This document shows positions 1 to 9,991 of a stretch of 64,000 bases of DNA, one piece after another. This DNA comes from Candidatus Latescibacterota bacterium (GTDB taxonomy: Bacteria > Latescibacterota > UBA2968). The DNA lies in contig OZ244960.1 of NCBI GenBank assembly GCA_965222605.1, positions 4,160,001 to 4,224,000 of the forward strand, given 5' to 3'. Under the pieces are notes generated by a model. The model was given only the letters and a program-made list of their open reading frames with translations, searched no databases and had not been told where the DNA came from. The translations under genes were made by a program, and so were the position numbers. The stretch's first letter is position 1. The number at the start of each line of letters is the position of its first letter.

Positions 1-390
1 TAGTGGTCTTTCCCGTTCCTGAGCAATCCGGAGCAAGGTTGCCAGGGCCTTCTCTCCTCCGATATTACCCAGAGCTTCGACCGCGCTCAGGCCCACCATG
101 GCGTTTGGGTCGTGAACAATCGCAATGAGCGAATCCACTGCCTGTTGATCCCCCAATTTGCCCAGGGCTTCGACCGCAGCCAATCGCACGGGCATTTCCC
201 GGTCTTTCAGTGTTTGGATGAGGGCTGGAACCGCATGCCGGTCGCCCATTTCCCCCAGCCGCATTGCTGCGCGGGCACGCTCCGTAGCATTGGGATGGTC
301 CAAAAGTTGTATCCATTCGTCGGCTTTGGAAGCGCAGCTTGTGGTTAGCAAGCCCAGAATAATCAACCACAATCCGCTTTTAGTGATCAC
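1..390 (-). CDS. HEAT/PBS-lyase repeat lipoprotein (3' end runs off window)
   Basis: Hand translation from GTG at 390 (GGAGG RBS upstream): MITKSGLWLIILGLLTTSC-ASKADEWIQLLDHPNATERARAAMRLGEMGDRHAVPALIQTLKDREMPVRLAAVEALGKLGDQQAVDSLI...; lipobox plus HEAT repeats. Not in the ORF track. Confidence 0.8.
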   Translation of the reverse strand, partial: MITKSGLWLIILGLLTTSCASKADEWIQLLDHPNATERARAAMRLGEMGDRHAVPALIQTLKDREMPVRLAAVEALGKLGDQQAVDSLIAIVHDPNAMVGLSAVEALGNIGGEKALATLLRIAQERERPL

Positions 391-423
391 ACACGCCTCC
401 TGAAAAAGGCTTTACGTCTTATG

Positions 424-452
424 TTGACAGCGACTACTCGCTGCGGTATCAT
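424..452 (+). promoter_or_regulatory. sigma70-like promoter
   Basis: TTGACA-17 nt-TATCAT upstream of the 486 gene. Confidence 0.5.
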
Positions 453-485
453 TATTCACACTATTTGTCGATGAGGAATGCGTTT

Positions 486-1478
486 ATGAATCGATTCTTA
501 CAGGTTTGGTTGGTCTGCTTCGCGGTCGCCTGTGGTTCGTCCGACAAGAGCCTCCAGCCCGAAGAAACCATTACTTTATCTGAAGGCGACATTTTGCTCA
601 CCGATGCTGCTCAGCGCGCGCTTTTCCGCATCCATCCCAGCACGGGAGACCGCACCGTGGTCTCCAGCCGCATCGGCGGTGTTCCCCGTCAGATCGCCCG
701 GGATGCCAATGGCGATCTTCTTATGACCCTCTCTGAGAGTGATCTGCCCATTGTCCTGCAGTTTGCCATCCAGACAGGCGAACTTTTTATTGTGTCTTCA
801 GGCGGTAGCCCCGTTGATCCCAATGTCCCGATTATTGGTTCAGGTCCCGCGTTTGGGGGACCGGTCGGCCTGGTGCAAGAAATATCTGGGTACCTCTTGG
901 TCGGCGATCAGCCATCTGCCACTATCTTTCGCGTTAATCCCAACAGTGGCGATCGCGCAGTTGTCTCTGGCCCTGGCCGAGGCGATGGACCGCCCTTTAC
1001 TGGCCGCATCAAGCAGTTTGCTCTGGAGGCCGATGGCAATCTCCTGGTGGTGGTCGGCTCAGTTTCGCAGGGAGGCGATGGGCGTATTTTCCGCATTGAT
1101 CCCACCAATGGCGACCGCACGGTCGTCTCGGGTCCAGAAATGGGTGAAGGACCCCGATTGATGGACCCGGAAGGCATTGTTCTAAACAGCCTGAGCACAA
1201 TTTTTGTCACCGATATCGGTCAGGCCGCTGTTATTCAAATTGATCCCATCAGTGGAAACCGCACTGTTATTTCAAGCCCTTTTATGGGCGATGGCGAAAC
1301 GCCTGATATTCCCTCTGGCCTCGCTTTTAATATCCTCGACGAGCTTCTTGTGGCTGATCGCACCGTTATCTACCGCGTGGATATCAGCACGGGCGATCGC
1401 ACTGTTATTTCGGCGCCGATCATTGGTCAGGGCGAACCCTTTCTGGTGGCGGATGATATTTTTGTGATTAAGAATTGA
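486..1478 (+). CDS. repeat-rich beta-propeller lipoprotein (NHL/Vgb-like)
   Basis: Lipobox AVAC; repeated 'IFRIDP.TGDRTVVS' units of about 55 aa; ATG 486 preferred over TTG 465. Confidence 0.7.
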   Translation: MNRFLQVWLVCFAVACGSSDKSLQPEETITLSEGDILLTDAAQRALFRIHPSTGDRTVVSSRIGGVPRQIARDANGDLLMTLSESDLPIVLQFAIQTGELFIVSSGGSPVDPNVPIIGSGPAFGGPVGLVQEISGYLLVGDQPSATIFRVNPNSGDRAVVSGPGRGDGPPFTGRIKQFALEADGNLLVVVGSVSQGGDGRIFRIDPTNGDRTVVSGPEMGEGPRLMDPEGIVLNSLSTIFVTDIGQAAVIQIDPISGNRTVISSPFMGDGETPDIPSGLAFNILDELLVADRTVIYRVDISTGDRTVISAPIIGQGEPFLVADDIFVIKN

Positions 1479-1479
1479 T

Positions 1480-3030
1480 TCATCTGACCTCTATGTTCCG
1501 AATAATTTGCAGGCCCCGCTGTGCGTCCGGATGGGTCGGGTCAATTTGAACCGCGCGTTCGAAATACACCTGTGCTGAGTCCGTGCGGCCCTGATTGAGC
1601 AATAGCGTTCCCAACCTCACATGGCCATCGTAGAACCGGGGCGCCAACTCGATTGAACGACGAAATGCCGCTTCTGCACCCGCTATATCTCGGAATCTTT
1701 CCAGGGCCATCCCCAGGTCGAAATGCGCTGTGAAAAGCGTTGGTTCCAGATCGAGGGCTTTTCGAAATTGGGCAATGGCGAGGCCGAGAAATCCCCGCCG
1801 GTCCAGTGCATATCCGATTTGCAAATACGCCTCTACATCCCCGGGGGCCAGCGCGTCGGCTGCTGCTTGTTCTCGCGCGGCCATGTCCATCCGACTGTTT
1901 CCCGCGTGGCGCGCCGCTCGCTCCAGATGCATCATGTAAGCCTCGCACTGTCGGCTCAATGCCACTCCCGAGCGATAAACGCCCCATCCGATGCCCACGA
2001 ATAATGCGACCACGCCGACACGGAAAAGCCATTGTCTGCTCCACTGTGCGCGTCTTTGCAAGAACAAAACCGCGGCTACCGGTGCTGCGACAAAACCTGT
2101 ACCAAATCCCTCAGCTATCCAGGCAACAACTGCGGAGACCAGAATCCAGGGCATCGATACTTTTGGCAGTGCCATTAGACACAGGAGGCCCAGCGGGATC
2201 AGCGAAATTAGCATGTCTGGTCGCCCGCCAATGCCCACCTGCGCTATGACCATCACGGCTGTGAACAGCCCTATACACACCCACATCAATTCGTGCCGCG
2301 ACCTGTGCTTGCTTTCGGCCGTTTCCACAGTTGTCGAGCCTGCACCGGTCAGGGCGAGAATGCCCAGAGTCAGGATGCTTATCCAGTGCCAAAGTACAAA
2401 AGGCTGCGTGGGAACCGAGCGTGAAAGCGGTTCGGAAAACAGGTGTAAAAACATGTGAAAAAGAAATACGCCCCACAGCGCGTGCGCCCAGACTCTGCGC
2501 CGATAGGGCGTACAGAATACCAGAAAATAGGGAATAAAAAACTCGAACCCCACTGCAAACCACTCCGCGATCCCCACAGTTGGCACACCTACAAAGAAAC
2601 GATTGTACGTCGGTATGCTCCACAGCCACCAGCCCGCGGCTGCCGCTCCACCTTCCACTCCATATCCAACTGCTGCCATCCCCACGCAGGCCATCCCCAC
2701 CGTGGCCATCAAGTCGCCTTTAAGTGCGGGTATCCGCGCCAGCACCCGCTCGGCCAGCCACCAGCTCACATAGAGGGAAAAAACCCATCCGATTATCGCC
2801 TGTAAAGACGCTGAAAAAATCTGTACCACCGGCTGCGTGAATACATAAGGCATCACGCCTCCCTGCGATTCAACTGTAATCCAGTGAATCACATTTCCCC
2901 GCACGACGCCAAACAGAAATGCCGAGATAAAAAAACTCAGCGCAATGCGACGGCCCCGATAGGACCAGGCGTGCCACATCAGCACGGCTATCGCCACAGC
3001 AGAGGGCACAAAAAGCAGAAGCGTCTTCAT
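1480..3030 (-). CDS. CruF-like (carotenoid hydratase family) membrane domain fused to C-terminal TPRs
   Basis: Multi-TM N-terminus with 'AAAGWWLW...FVGVP..GIAEWF', resembling the CruF/DUF422 family; C-terminal TPRs (A.FDLG.AL, FRKALDLEP). Confidence 0.55.
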   Translation of the reverse strand: MKTLLLFVPSAVAIAVLMWHAWSYRGRRIALSFFISAFLFGVVRGNVIHWITVESQGGVMPYVFTQPVVQIFSASLQAIIGWVFSLYVSWWLAERVLARIPALKGDLMATVGMACVGMAAVGYGVEGGAAAAGWWLWSIPTYNRFFVGVPTVGIAEWFAVGFEFFIPYFLVFCTPYRRRVWAHALWGVFLFHMFLHLFSEPLSRSVPTQPFVLWHWISILTLGILALTGAGSTTVETAESKHRSRHELMWVCIGLFTAVMVIAQVGIGGRPDMLISLIPLGLLCLMALPKVSMPWILVSAVVAWIAEGFGTGFVAAPVAAVLFLQRRAQWSRQWLFRVGVVALFVGIGWGVYRSGVALSRQCEAYMMHLERAARHAGNSRMDMAAREQAAADALAPGDVEAYLQIGYALDRRGFLGLAIAQFRKALDLEPTLFTAHFDLGMALERFRDIAGAEAAFRRSIELAPRFYDGHVRLGTLLLNQGRTDSAQVYFERAVQIDPTHPDAQRGLQIIRNIEVR

Positions 3031-3043
3031 GGCTCCTCTTGTT

Positions 3044-4000
3044 TTATATCATGATATCTGACTGCGTATGGGGTGCGTGGTTTTTGATAAACCAGAGATA
3101 GAGCACCCGACTATAGGAAAAAAATACCATTTGTTTTCGTTGAAAAAAAGGTTCCAGTTCTTTTTGCAATTTTCGCAGGTTGTAAAACGGCACACCTGGG
3201 AAATAGTGGTGTTCCAGGTGATACGTCGAAAATAGATAGAGAAAATTCCACATCCAATTGGCTCGCATTAACGTCGTCCAGTTGGCAATTTTATCTGGGT
3301 TTATCACATAGTGCTGTCCTAAACGGTTGACCGTAAAAGCAATGGGAAAAATAAAAAATACTGGAAAAAGATGCGCTTTGAAAGCAAACCACGGATCCAT
3401 CGTCCAGAACCACGCCAGAATTCCCAGGTGCAGGACGATTCCCACTGTGCGTTCTCGTTTAATCTGGCGGCACAGATGCTCTGGATAACCTTTGAAGGTT
3501 TCGGCTACTGCCCAAAAATAAATGGGAAACAGCATTGGCGTGCAGTAAAGCAGCTTGAACCACGGCGAATTGATGCGGGGTGACAGATGCGCCCGTTTGG
3601 GGTCAGCGTGCGATGACCCCAGATGATCGTGATGGTCCAGATGCCACCGCTTGAACTGTGAAAATGCCAGTCCTGAAATCCACCCGTACACAAGTCCCAG
3701 AAGATCGTTGAGCCGGTGATTTTTGCGGAAAATGCACCGATGCACGGATTCGTGTAGCAAAACGGAGAAGCTGAAAATCACGAATCCCAGGAGTACGCTT
3801 GCGGGAAACCAGGCCCAGAATGAATCGACGTGGTAAATCCAGATCGGTAGTCCCACCAGCAGTGCTACCTGTCGTACAGCGATCCAAAAATGTCGCCAGG
3901 GCCGCCGCTGGTGCAGGTCTGTCAGCCGTTCCTTTGAAATTGCCGCCCGCAGTTCTCGGTTTAAGTCTCGCGCATAGTCGTGATACGTCGGTTCCGCCAT
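3044..4000 (-). CDS. membrane fatty-acid desaturase/hydroxylase family protein
   Basis: Three His boxes HESVH, HLDHH, HLEHH; start MAEPT at 4000 with GGAGG RBS. Confidence 0.85.
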   Translation of the reverse strand: MAEPTYHDYARDLNRELRAAISKERLTDLHQRRPWRHFWIAVRQVALLVGLPIWIYHVDSFWAWFPASVLLGFVIFSFSVLLHESVHRCIFRKNHRLNDLLGLVYGWISGLAFSQFKRWHLDHHDHLGSSHADPKRAHLSPRINSPWFKLLYCTPMLFPIYFWAVAETFKGYPEHLCRQIKRERTVGIVLHLGILAWFWTMDPWFAFKAHLFPVFFIFPIAFTVNRLGQHYVINPDKIANWTTLMRANWMWNFLYLFSTYHLEHHYFPGVPFYNLRKLQKELEPFFQRKQMVFFSYSRVLYLWFIKNHAPHTQSDIMI

Positions 4001-4014
4001 TGCAAACCTCCGCG

Positions 4015-4896
4015 TTATCCGATTGCAAACACACACACAAACCCCACATGTCCCGCCATCAATAGCAAATACATGTGTTTCCACGAAATGTGATTGGATT
4101 CAAATGTCAAAGCCTCGGGGCGCTTCAACATCAACCAGCCGACATACCCACCCCAAAGTGCCAGAAAACCCAGCCACTGCGCGCTCGACGGCACCCATTC
4201 CCACAATACGCCGATGGGGATGAGCAGAAAAGGCAATACCAGAAAAGGCAGCACCATCCACGCTGCTCGCCGAGGTCCCAATAGCACGGGTAGTGTCTGC
4301 ATGCCGAAGGCGCGATCTCCTTTCACATCTACGAAATCTTTGGTATTGCTGGCACCAAACACATAGAGGCCGAATACCAGGCCCACAAACCAGGGTGCCG
4401 GGTGCCATATAGATTCCACTGCTCCCCATCCCCCTATGGGCAGTAAACACCCTCGTCCAAACCCCAGAGCCAGGCTTGAAGAGAGGGCGTGCCGTTTCAG
4501 CCGCAAGGGCGGTGCTGAATAGGCCAACGTGAGCAATGCGCCCACCGCGAAGATGCCCAGCAGCCGGGGATGCACCAGATAGGCCAGGCCGAGGGCAATG
4601 ATATAACACGCGGTTCCCAGCAGTGCTGCCCCCCGCATGGATACACTCCCCAGGGGCAAAGGGCGGGTGGGCTTGTTGATCCGATCAATCTCCAAATCGT
4701 AGCACTGGTTGATGATGTTCGATCCCGCATTCAGTATTGCAGCAGCCAGAGTGCCTATCAGGGATGCTGTTGGAATCCCACCGCCGGTAGCCATTGCCGA
4801 TCCCGCGAGAAATCCCACGGCAGGTGCCAGTAGCGTAAATGGTCGCGCAAGCAGAAAAAAGGCGCGAAATCTATTTTGTTCCATAGAATTGCTCAT
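4015..4896 (-). CDS. UbiA-family prenyltransferase (DGGGP synthase/chlorophyll synthase-like motifs)
   Basis: NQCYDLEIDRINKPTRPLP and KDFVDVKGDRAFGMQTLP Asp-rich motifs; multiple TM helices. Confidence 0.85.
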   Translation of the reverse strand: MSNSMEQNRFRAFFLLARPFTLLAPAVGFLAGSAMATGGGIPTASLIGTLAAAILNAGSNIINQCYDLEIDRINKPTRPLPLGSVSMRGAALLGTACYIIALGLAYLVHPRLLGIFAVGALLTLAYSAPPLRLKRHALSSSLALGFGRGCLLPIGGWGAVESIWHPAPWFVGLVFGLYVFGASNTKDFVDVKGDRAFGMQTLPVLLGPRRAAWMVLPFLVLPFLLIPIGVLWEWVPSSAQWLGFLALWGGYVGWLMLKRPEALTFESNHISWKHMYLLLMAGHVGFVCVFAIG

Positions 4897-7322
4897 TCTT
4901 TTTGCGCCTCTGTTCCCCGCTTATCCACCACGTAAAAACGGGCTGTTTTGAATACTTCAATATCGCGGTTTAGATCTTTTACCGCTACGACCACCTCGTG
5001 TTGACCGGGTGCGATATCTCCCAAATCCAGTTCTACAAAATTCTCGCTTTTCGTTTGCGTGCCCGTCTGCTCGTACCGAATCGTCACCTCCTCTCTGCTA
5101 CCGCCCGATAGCATTCGGCCCAGCCCCGACAGCGCGCGAATCAGCATCGGCGTATGGTTGGCGTCCCGCACCGTATAGGCGACTTCGTAGCGCGTCTGTC
5201 CAAATGAATCGCGCAGCAAATTGTAGATTTCAAAATAAATAAAAAACGATGTCCCCTGGTAAAATATTCGACCCGGCGAGGGATCTACCCGGAAGCCCGA
5301 TCTCACAAACTGGCCCGCGGTTCCCGAATCTACTTGAGCCACTGCACGGGCTACTTGAATGCCGCTGACCATCAGCGTATCCCGGTTGTATGAAACCACC
5401 GGTACAGCCACTTGATAAACGCCCATCAAATCCACTTCTGGTCGCCAGACTTGAACGGCGAGCATATAATCGCCCGGCGGTACGTCCATTGGAAATTCTT
5501 CTACCAGCACTGATCTGCTGCTTCGCGGTGCCATGACCTCAACATCGCCCTGTACGCGGTACACCTTTCCAGATCGTTCGCTGATCAGGGCTACCCGCCG
5601 CTGCACCCGCGCCGTATCACTGGCACCCTGCACATAGAGGTTGCGCGTGGGTATCCCCATAAATACCCGAACTTCTGTATTGTTGTCTGCTCCCTTGAAA
5701 TCCACTGTATCAAAATGAAAATCCAGCGGTTCGTAATAACTGATGTTATAGACCTCGGGTATATCCCGGGTGATGCGGGACATAAAAATGGCCGGTGAAT
5801 ATTCCGAGAATAGTTGCGATATTCGCAGGGTCTGGTCGTGCCCAAACCGTTCCAGGCGGTCTCTGTCTTCTGTGGTCAGAACGGGTGGCGGCGCGTAATC
5901 GTAACGCCCCGAGGTAAATTCGTCGGTAAATACTACTTCGATACCCCCACCAATGCGGGTGTAAAACCACACTTCCCACTTCACGGTCATCCCGGCAATG
6001 CCTATTGTCACCGGTTTGTACCCGTAAAATCCCAGTGTGTCCTCAGCTGCTATGCCCCCACGGGCCTGCATGGAGCCTTCAAAGGGCATGCGGGGCAGGT
6101 CGTCCAGTTCGGGATTGTCTGCGTCGATGATATTGATAAATCTTTCTGTTCGCACTGGAAATACAGGACCCAGAAACGTGTGGTTTACACCATCGGGACC
6201 GTAGAGTCGGCGGGCGAGTTCTGTCTGGATGATCTCGACCGACTGGGGCACGTTGTGGTTCAATGAGCGGGAAGTCGAGCGGTAGTCTGGCTCCCCGTAG
6301 CGGATATAGACTTCTCCACGTCGATCCCAGGGAAACTGCTTTCGCCCGTAGTTTTCTCGCGCATAGAGTACCCGCCGATAATGCTCGCACCAGCGCATCA
6401 GTCCCCCACTGGCTTTTAAGGGGTCTTTTTTTAGCCAGAATCGCCGCAGAAAATCGCGCCGACGCTCTGGAGGAGTTTGTCGATAGGTCTCCGCTTCTCT
6501 GGGCGTAGCCACAATCGAAATATCCCAGTAGTGTGCTTGCGCGTCTTCAGATAGCGTGGAAATATACTCTTCAAAAGCGATTAGCGCGTCTTCGAAATTG
6601 CCCCGCTCCATGAGTATCTGTCCCAGAATCGCATAGCCCCTCGGGTCTTCCAGCCTGCCCAGCAGGCGTTCGGCCTCTGTCTTTTTCCCCGATTCGGCCA
6701 GACTGCGGATAAATAGATAGGCCGCCTCCTGATCCTTGGGCTGGCGCTTGAGGTACTGGTCGTAATAATGAATTGCCACCTGATCCAATTTGTCGTCCTG
6801 GTAGAGCTGGCCGAGTAGCAAATATCCCGGCGCGTACTCGGGATCGATCTGGATCGCGCGTCCAGCCGCTTGTATGGCATTTCCGGTTTCCGATATTCGA
6901 TAGAGGCGGGCCAGATGGTAATACATTTTCGCCTGAGTCGAATCCAGTGTTACCGCTTTCTGCAAATGGGAGCGGGCACCCCGCCAGTCATTTTTTAAAT
7001 CCAAATAGGCCAGCCCCAGACCCAGGTGCGCCTCCACCCACCCTGAATCGGCTCGCACTGCCTTGCGAAATGCGGCGATAGCATCGTCGCCTTTCTTAGT
7101 CTGCAGGTGAAGTTGTCCGATCATGATCAGCACCCGCGCAGGCTCGGGATGCTGTCTGGCGATCTTTTCCAGATCTTTGACGGCCTGTTTTATACTGTCT
7201 TTGTGCGAGACCTGCAATGCCCGAACGTAAATCGACTCGGCGTTTTCGTCGGTTCCATGCACCATTCCGGTCCCGCACAGTCCCAGAAAAAGGCTCATTG
7301 TAAGATAGAAATAAATTTTCAT
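4893..7322 (-). CDS. TPR + GWxTD-domain secreted protein (paralog 1)
   Basis: Signal peptide from MKIYF (7322), TPRs, 'FW..KDP...EHYRRV.YA...PWDRRGEVYIRYGEP', C-terminal Ig-like region; overlaps the UbiA start by 4 bp. Confidence 0.8.
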   Translation of the reverse strand: MKIYFYLTMSLFLGLCGTGMVHGTDENAESIYVRALQVSHKDSIKQAVKDLEKIARQHPEPARVLIMIGQLHLQTKKGDDAIAAFRKAVRADSGWVEAHLGLGLAYLDLKNDWRGARSHLQKAVTLDSTQAKMYYHLARLYRISETGNAIQAAGRAIQIDPEYAPGYLLLGQLYQDDKLDQVAIHYYDQYLKRQPKDQEAAYLFIRSLAESGKKTEAERLLGRLEDPRGYAILGQILMERGNFEDALIAFEEYISTLSEDAQAHYWDISIVATPREAETYRQTPPERRRDFLRRFWLKKDPLKASGGLMRWCEHYRRVLYARENYGRKQFPWDRRGEVYIRYGEPDYRSTSRSLNHNVPQSVEIIQTELARRLYGPDGVNHTFLGPVFPVRTERFINIIDADNPELDDLPRMPFEGSMQARGGIAAEDTLGFYGYKPVTIGIAGMTVKWEVWFYTRIGGGIEVVFTDEFTSGRYDYAPPPVLTTEDRDRLERFGHDQTLRISQLFSEYSPAIFMSRITRDIPEVYNISYYEPLDFHFDTVDFKGADNNTEVRVFMGIPTRNLYVQGASDTARVQRRVALISERSGKVYRVQGDVEVMAPRSSRSVLVEEFPMDVPPGDYMLAVQVWRPEVDLMGVYQVAVPVVSYNRDTLMVSGIQVARAVAQVDSGTAGQFVRSGFRVDPSPGRIFYQGTSFFIYFEIYNLLRDSFGQTRYEVAYTVRDANHTPMLIRALSGLGRMLSGGSREEVTIRYEQTGTQTKSENFVELDLGDIAPGQHEVVVAVKDLNRDIEVFKTARFYVVDKRGTEAQKE

Positions 7323-7506
7323 AATGTCGCAATCACGAAAAATGTGATTTTCCAGGAGGATGTATGGGTCACAATTCAATAAAAAAATATAGCATATATT
7401 GGGGTAATTGGTCAACTCTATCCACAACCGCGGATCTTTATTTACTATTGCTCAAAACTACTCTGGCATTTCTCGAACCAACCTGAATACCGTTGCATAA
7501 ACAACC

Positions 7507-7675
7507 CCCCGGTCGGTAATACCCCTCCGGAGCATCCGGTTGCACTTCAATATAGAAGAAGCATATCGGTGGAGCAAGAGAATCACAAAGTGTAGAGAAG
7601 ATTCTGGTTGCGTTGAGAATTTCTTTGAAGTAAGATATGAAAATTTCTTTTCTGAACGGCAGACTGGCACGATCT
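7507..7675 (+). pseudogene. possible sulfotransferase gene remnant
   Basis: Frame reads PRSVI...EEAYRW...ENFFEVRYENF, resembling the sulfotransferase 'RDPRDV..S...W...EVRYEDL' pattern; no intact start or end. Confidence 0.3.
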
Positions 7676-7753
7676 GGAAGACCGAATGGCGTAGCTTGAT
7701 CGGCTGCTTAACTTCACATCAACTTCTGAGAATGACCACTAGTTGGCTACAAC

Positions 7754-9991
7754 ATGATAAATCGAAATCTACATAGGTTCCCTTTTTCTGCGATAGTTGG
7801 CCAAGACCGGTTGAAATTAGGCCTTATTTTAAATGCTATTTCTCCGAATATTGGAGGCTTGCTAATTCGCGGTCCCAAAGGCACAGGCAAAAGTACCGCC
7901 GTTTACTCTTTGGCCGCCCTTTTACCTGAGGTAATGGTAGTCGATGGTTGTCACTATAATTGTGATCCATACGAAAAAGAAAACCTTTGTGAAGATTGTT
8001 ATGCTCGGGTTGATAGAGGCGAAGAGTTAGCTTGTAAAAATGAAAAAGTAAGTGTCGTAAATTTGCCTCTAAGTATAAGTGAAGATCGTCTAATCGGGTC
8101 GATAGATGTGGAAACGCTTCTGAGCAAAGGCCAAAAGACTTTCATTCCGGGGTTGTTAGCAGACGCAAATCATAATATTCTCTATGTTGATGAGATAAAC
8201 CTTTTACCAGATAACGTTATTGACGATCTTTTAGACGCTACCGCTTCAGGATGGAATGTTGTGGAACGTGAAGGTTTCTCTGTCAAACATCCAGCTCAGT
8301 TTGTATTAGTAGGAACGATGAATCCAGAAGAAGGAGAATTGCGTCCACAATTATTGGACAGACTACCCTTATCTGTTTCTCTCGAAACAATTAATAACGA
8401 AGAACAGAGGGTTGAAATAATAAAAAGAAATCTTTCGTTCTCGCAAGACAGTGATGGCTTCTACCAAATGTTCTTTGAAGAAGATGAGGTACTCAAGAAG
8501 AAAATTTCACAAGCGAAGATCAGGTTAAAAGATGTGAATATTATGGAACATCAGCTAAAGTCCATAGCCTCTACCTGCATCGATTTAAAAGTAGATGGCC
8601 AAAGACCTGAGATAATAATCACCCGGACAGCTATCACAGCAGCTGCTTTCCATGAACGGGAAAGTGTAGAAGACCAGGATATTCTGGATGCCTGTATTTT
8701 TGCACTTTCCCACAGAAGCAGAGATGGTGGTTTTGAACCTCCAGCCAAAATAGATGAAATAGAATCGACGCTAGTGTCCGCGTTAAAAAAAAGCCAAAAA
8801 TACGCTCATGATTCAGAAATATTTCGGTTTTATAAAAAAAAAAACATAATTCATAAAGTTCAAAAACAAGAACAAAATTCTGATAAAAACCAACTTCAAA
8901 GCAAGAGCTTGCCTCCTCTCGATACTTCTAATCTAGGTGACAAACAATTCTCAGACAAATTTACCTCAAGTGTATTAAACTCTAAAGAAAAAAAGCAGCG
9001 GGGAAGCACCATCCTTTCATTGCCATTCTCGTTAACATCGCTTAGGGAAATAAAGGAAAAATTAAAGTATTCTTTCATTAAGATCAGACTCAAGTTCACT
9101 GGGAAATCAAAAAAAAAGACTCAATATCAAGGACGAAAAAGAACCATAGATACAGTATCTGAAAGTCACGGAAGGCCTTTTAAATACAACATTCCTCCCT
9201 CTTTCCCCGAAGGCAATATCGCGCTTATTCCTTCTATAATAAACGGCATTGTACGCCAGGGTGTTAGGTTACCCTTGAAACTCGGTCTCGCAGATCTACG
9301 TGTTTGGGTAAGACAGAGCAAAGTCCCCTTAACGATTATGCTTGTAATTGATTCTAGTGCATCTACATACCATTTTATTGAACCTATATCTCAAATTCTA
9401 TCAACTTTATACCATGATGCGTATCGTAACCGGGATAAATTAGGCCTTGTTGCTATCCAGGACAATAAAGCCCAGATCATGAATCATCCTTCCAGAAATT
9501 TGCAGATAATCTTGGGAAATATAACTCGTCTAAAACCTTCGGGAGAAACTCCTCTTAGTCAAGCTTTAGATCTGACATTGAGAATATTTAAGCAGGAAAA
9601 GCGTAGACACCCAATCTTTAATCCTTTGACAATTCTACTTAGTGATTGCCACCCAGAGCCAATCAACTCTCGGACAGGAAACCTAATGAAGGAATTACCT
9701 TATCAGCAAACACTAAAAACGGCTCGGGCTTTTGGAGAACTAAAAATACCTATTGTTGTAATAAATCCAGGACATGGAACCTTTAAGGATGGTAGCAAGT
9801 GGTGGGGGACTCAACTGGCTATGCGAATAGCCGAGTCGTCAGGCGGAGAGTATTATGGAATTCCTCATGACAAGTATGAGAAGGATGCTGGATTTATTAC
9901 TAAACGTTTAGAAAGAAGTGAATTAGAAACGGATTCCCAATCTATCGCAAATATACTTTTTGACTTCCGAGATAACTTGTCCACGATATAA
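7754..9991 (+). CDS. Mg/Co chelatase ChlD/BchD-like subunit (ChlI-type AAA+ domain + linker + VWA)
   Basis: FPFSAIVGQ, Walker A GPKGTGKS, LYVDEINLL, GTMNPEEGELRPQLLDR; VWA MIDAS DSSAS and GETPL; clearly more AT-rich than its flanks. Confidence 0.9.
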   Translation: MINRNLHRFPFSAIVGQDRLKLGLILNAISPNIGGLLIRGPKGTGKSTAVYSLAALLPEVMVVDGCHYNCDPYEKENLCEDCYARVDRGEELACKNEKVSVVNLPLSISEDRLIGSIDVETLLSKGQKTFIPGLLADANHNILYVDEINLLPDNVIDDLLDATASGWNVVEREGFSVKHPAQFVLVGTMNPEEGELRPQLLDRLPLSVSLETINNEEQRVEIIKRNLSFSQDSDGFYQMFFEEDEVLKKKISQAKIRLKDVNIMEHQLKSIASTCIDLKVDGQRPEIIITRTAITAAAFHERESVEDQDILDACIFALSHRSRDGGFEPPAKIDEIESTLVSALKKSQKYAHDSEIFRFYKKKNIIHKVQKQEQNSDKNQLQSKSLPPLDTSNLGDKQFSDKFTSSVLNSKEKKQRGSTILSLPFSLTSLREIKEKLKYSFIKIRLKFTGKSKKKTQYQGRKRTIDTVSESHGRPFKYNIPPSFPEGNIALIPSIINGIVRQGVRLPLKLGLADLRVWVRQSKVPLTIMLVIDSSASTYHFIEPISQILSTLYHDAYRNRDKLGLVAIQDNKAQIMNHPSRNLQIILGNITRLKPSGETPLSQALDLTLRIFKQEKRRHPIFNPLTILLSDCHPEPINSRTGNLMKELPYQQTLKTARAFGELKIPIVVINPGHGTFKDGSKWWGTQLAMRIAESSGGEYYGIPHDKYEKDAGFITKRLERSELETDSQSIANILFDFRDNLSTI
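8834..8844 (+). other. A11 slippery tract at the AAA+/linker junction of the chelatase gene
   Basis: TAT AAA AAA AAA AAC ATA ATT CAT AAA; both alternative frames stop within 1-4 codons. Confidence 0.6.

Noticed and set aside
1-12. TAGTGGTCTTTC also occurs at 54426-54437 at the PBP stop (possible att site)
   Set aside because: Only 12 bp, lies inside a coding region at the window edge, and no integrase is present; compatible with chance.
7430-7753. Cobalamin riboswitch upstream of the chelatase
   Set aside because: No recognisable B12-box or core motifs were seen by eye, and the segment reads better as decayed coding sequence; an Rfam scan would settle it.
4015-9991. UbiA plus chelatase as a (bacterio)chlorophyll synthesis cluster
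   Set aside because: The genes are divergent, differ in composition and are separated by an unrelated gene; no bchH/chlH or other photosynthesis genes are in the window.
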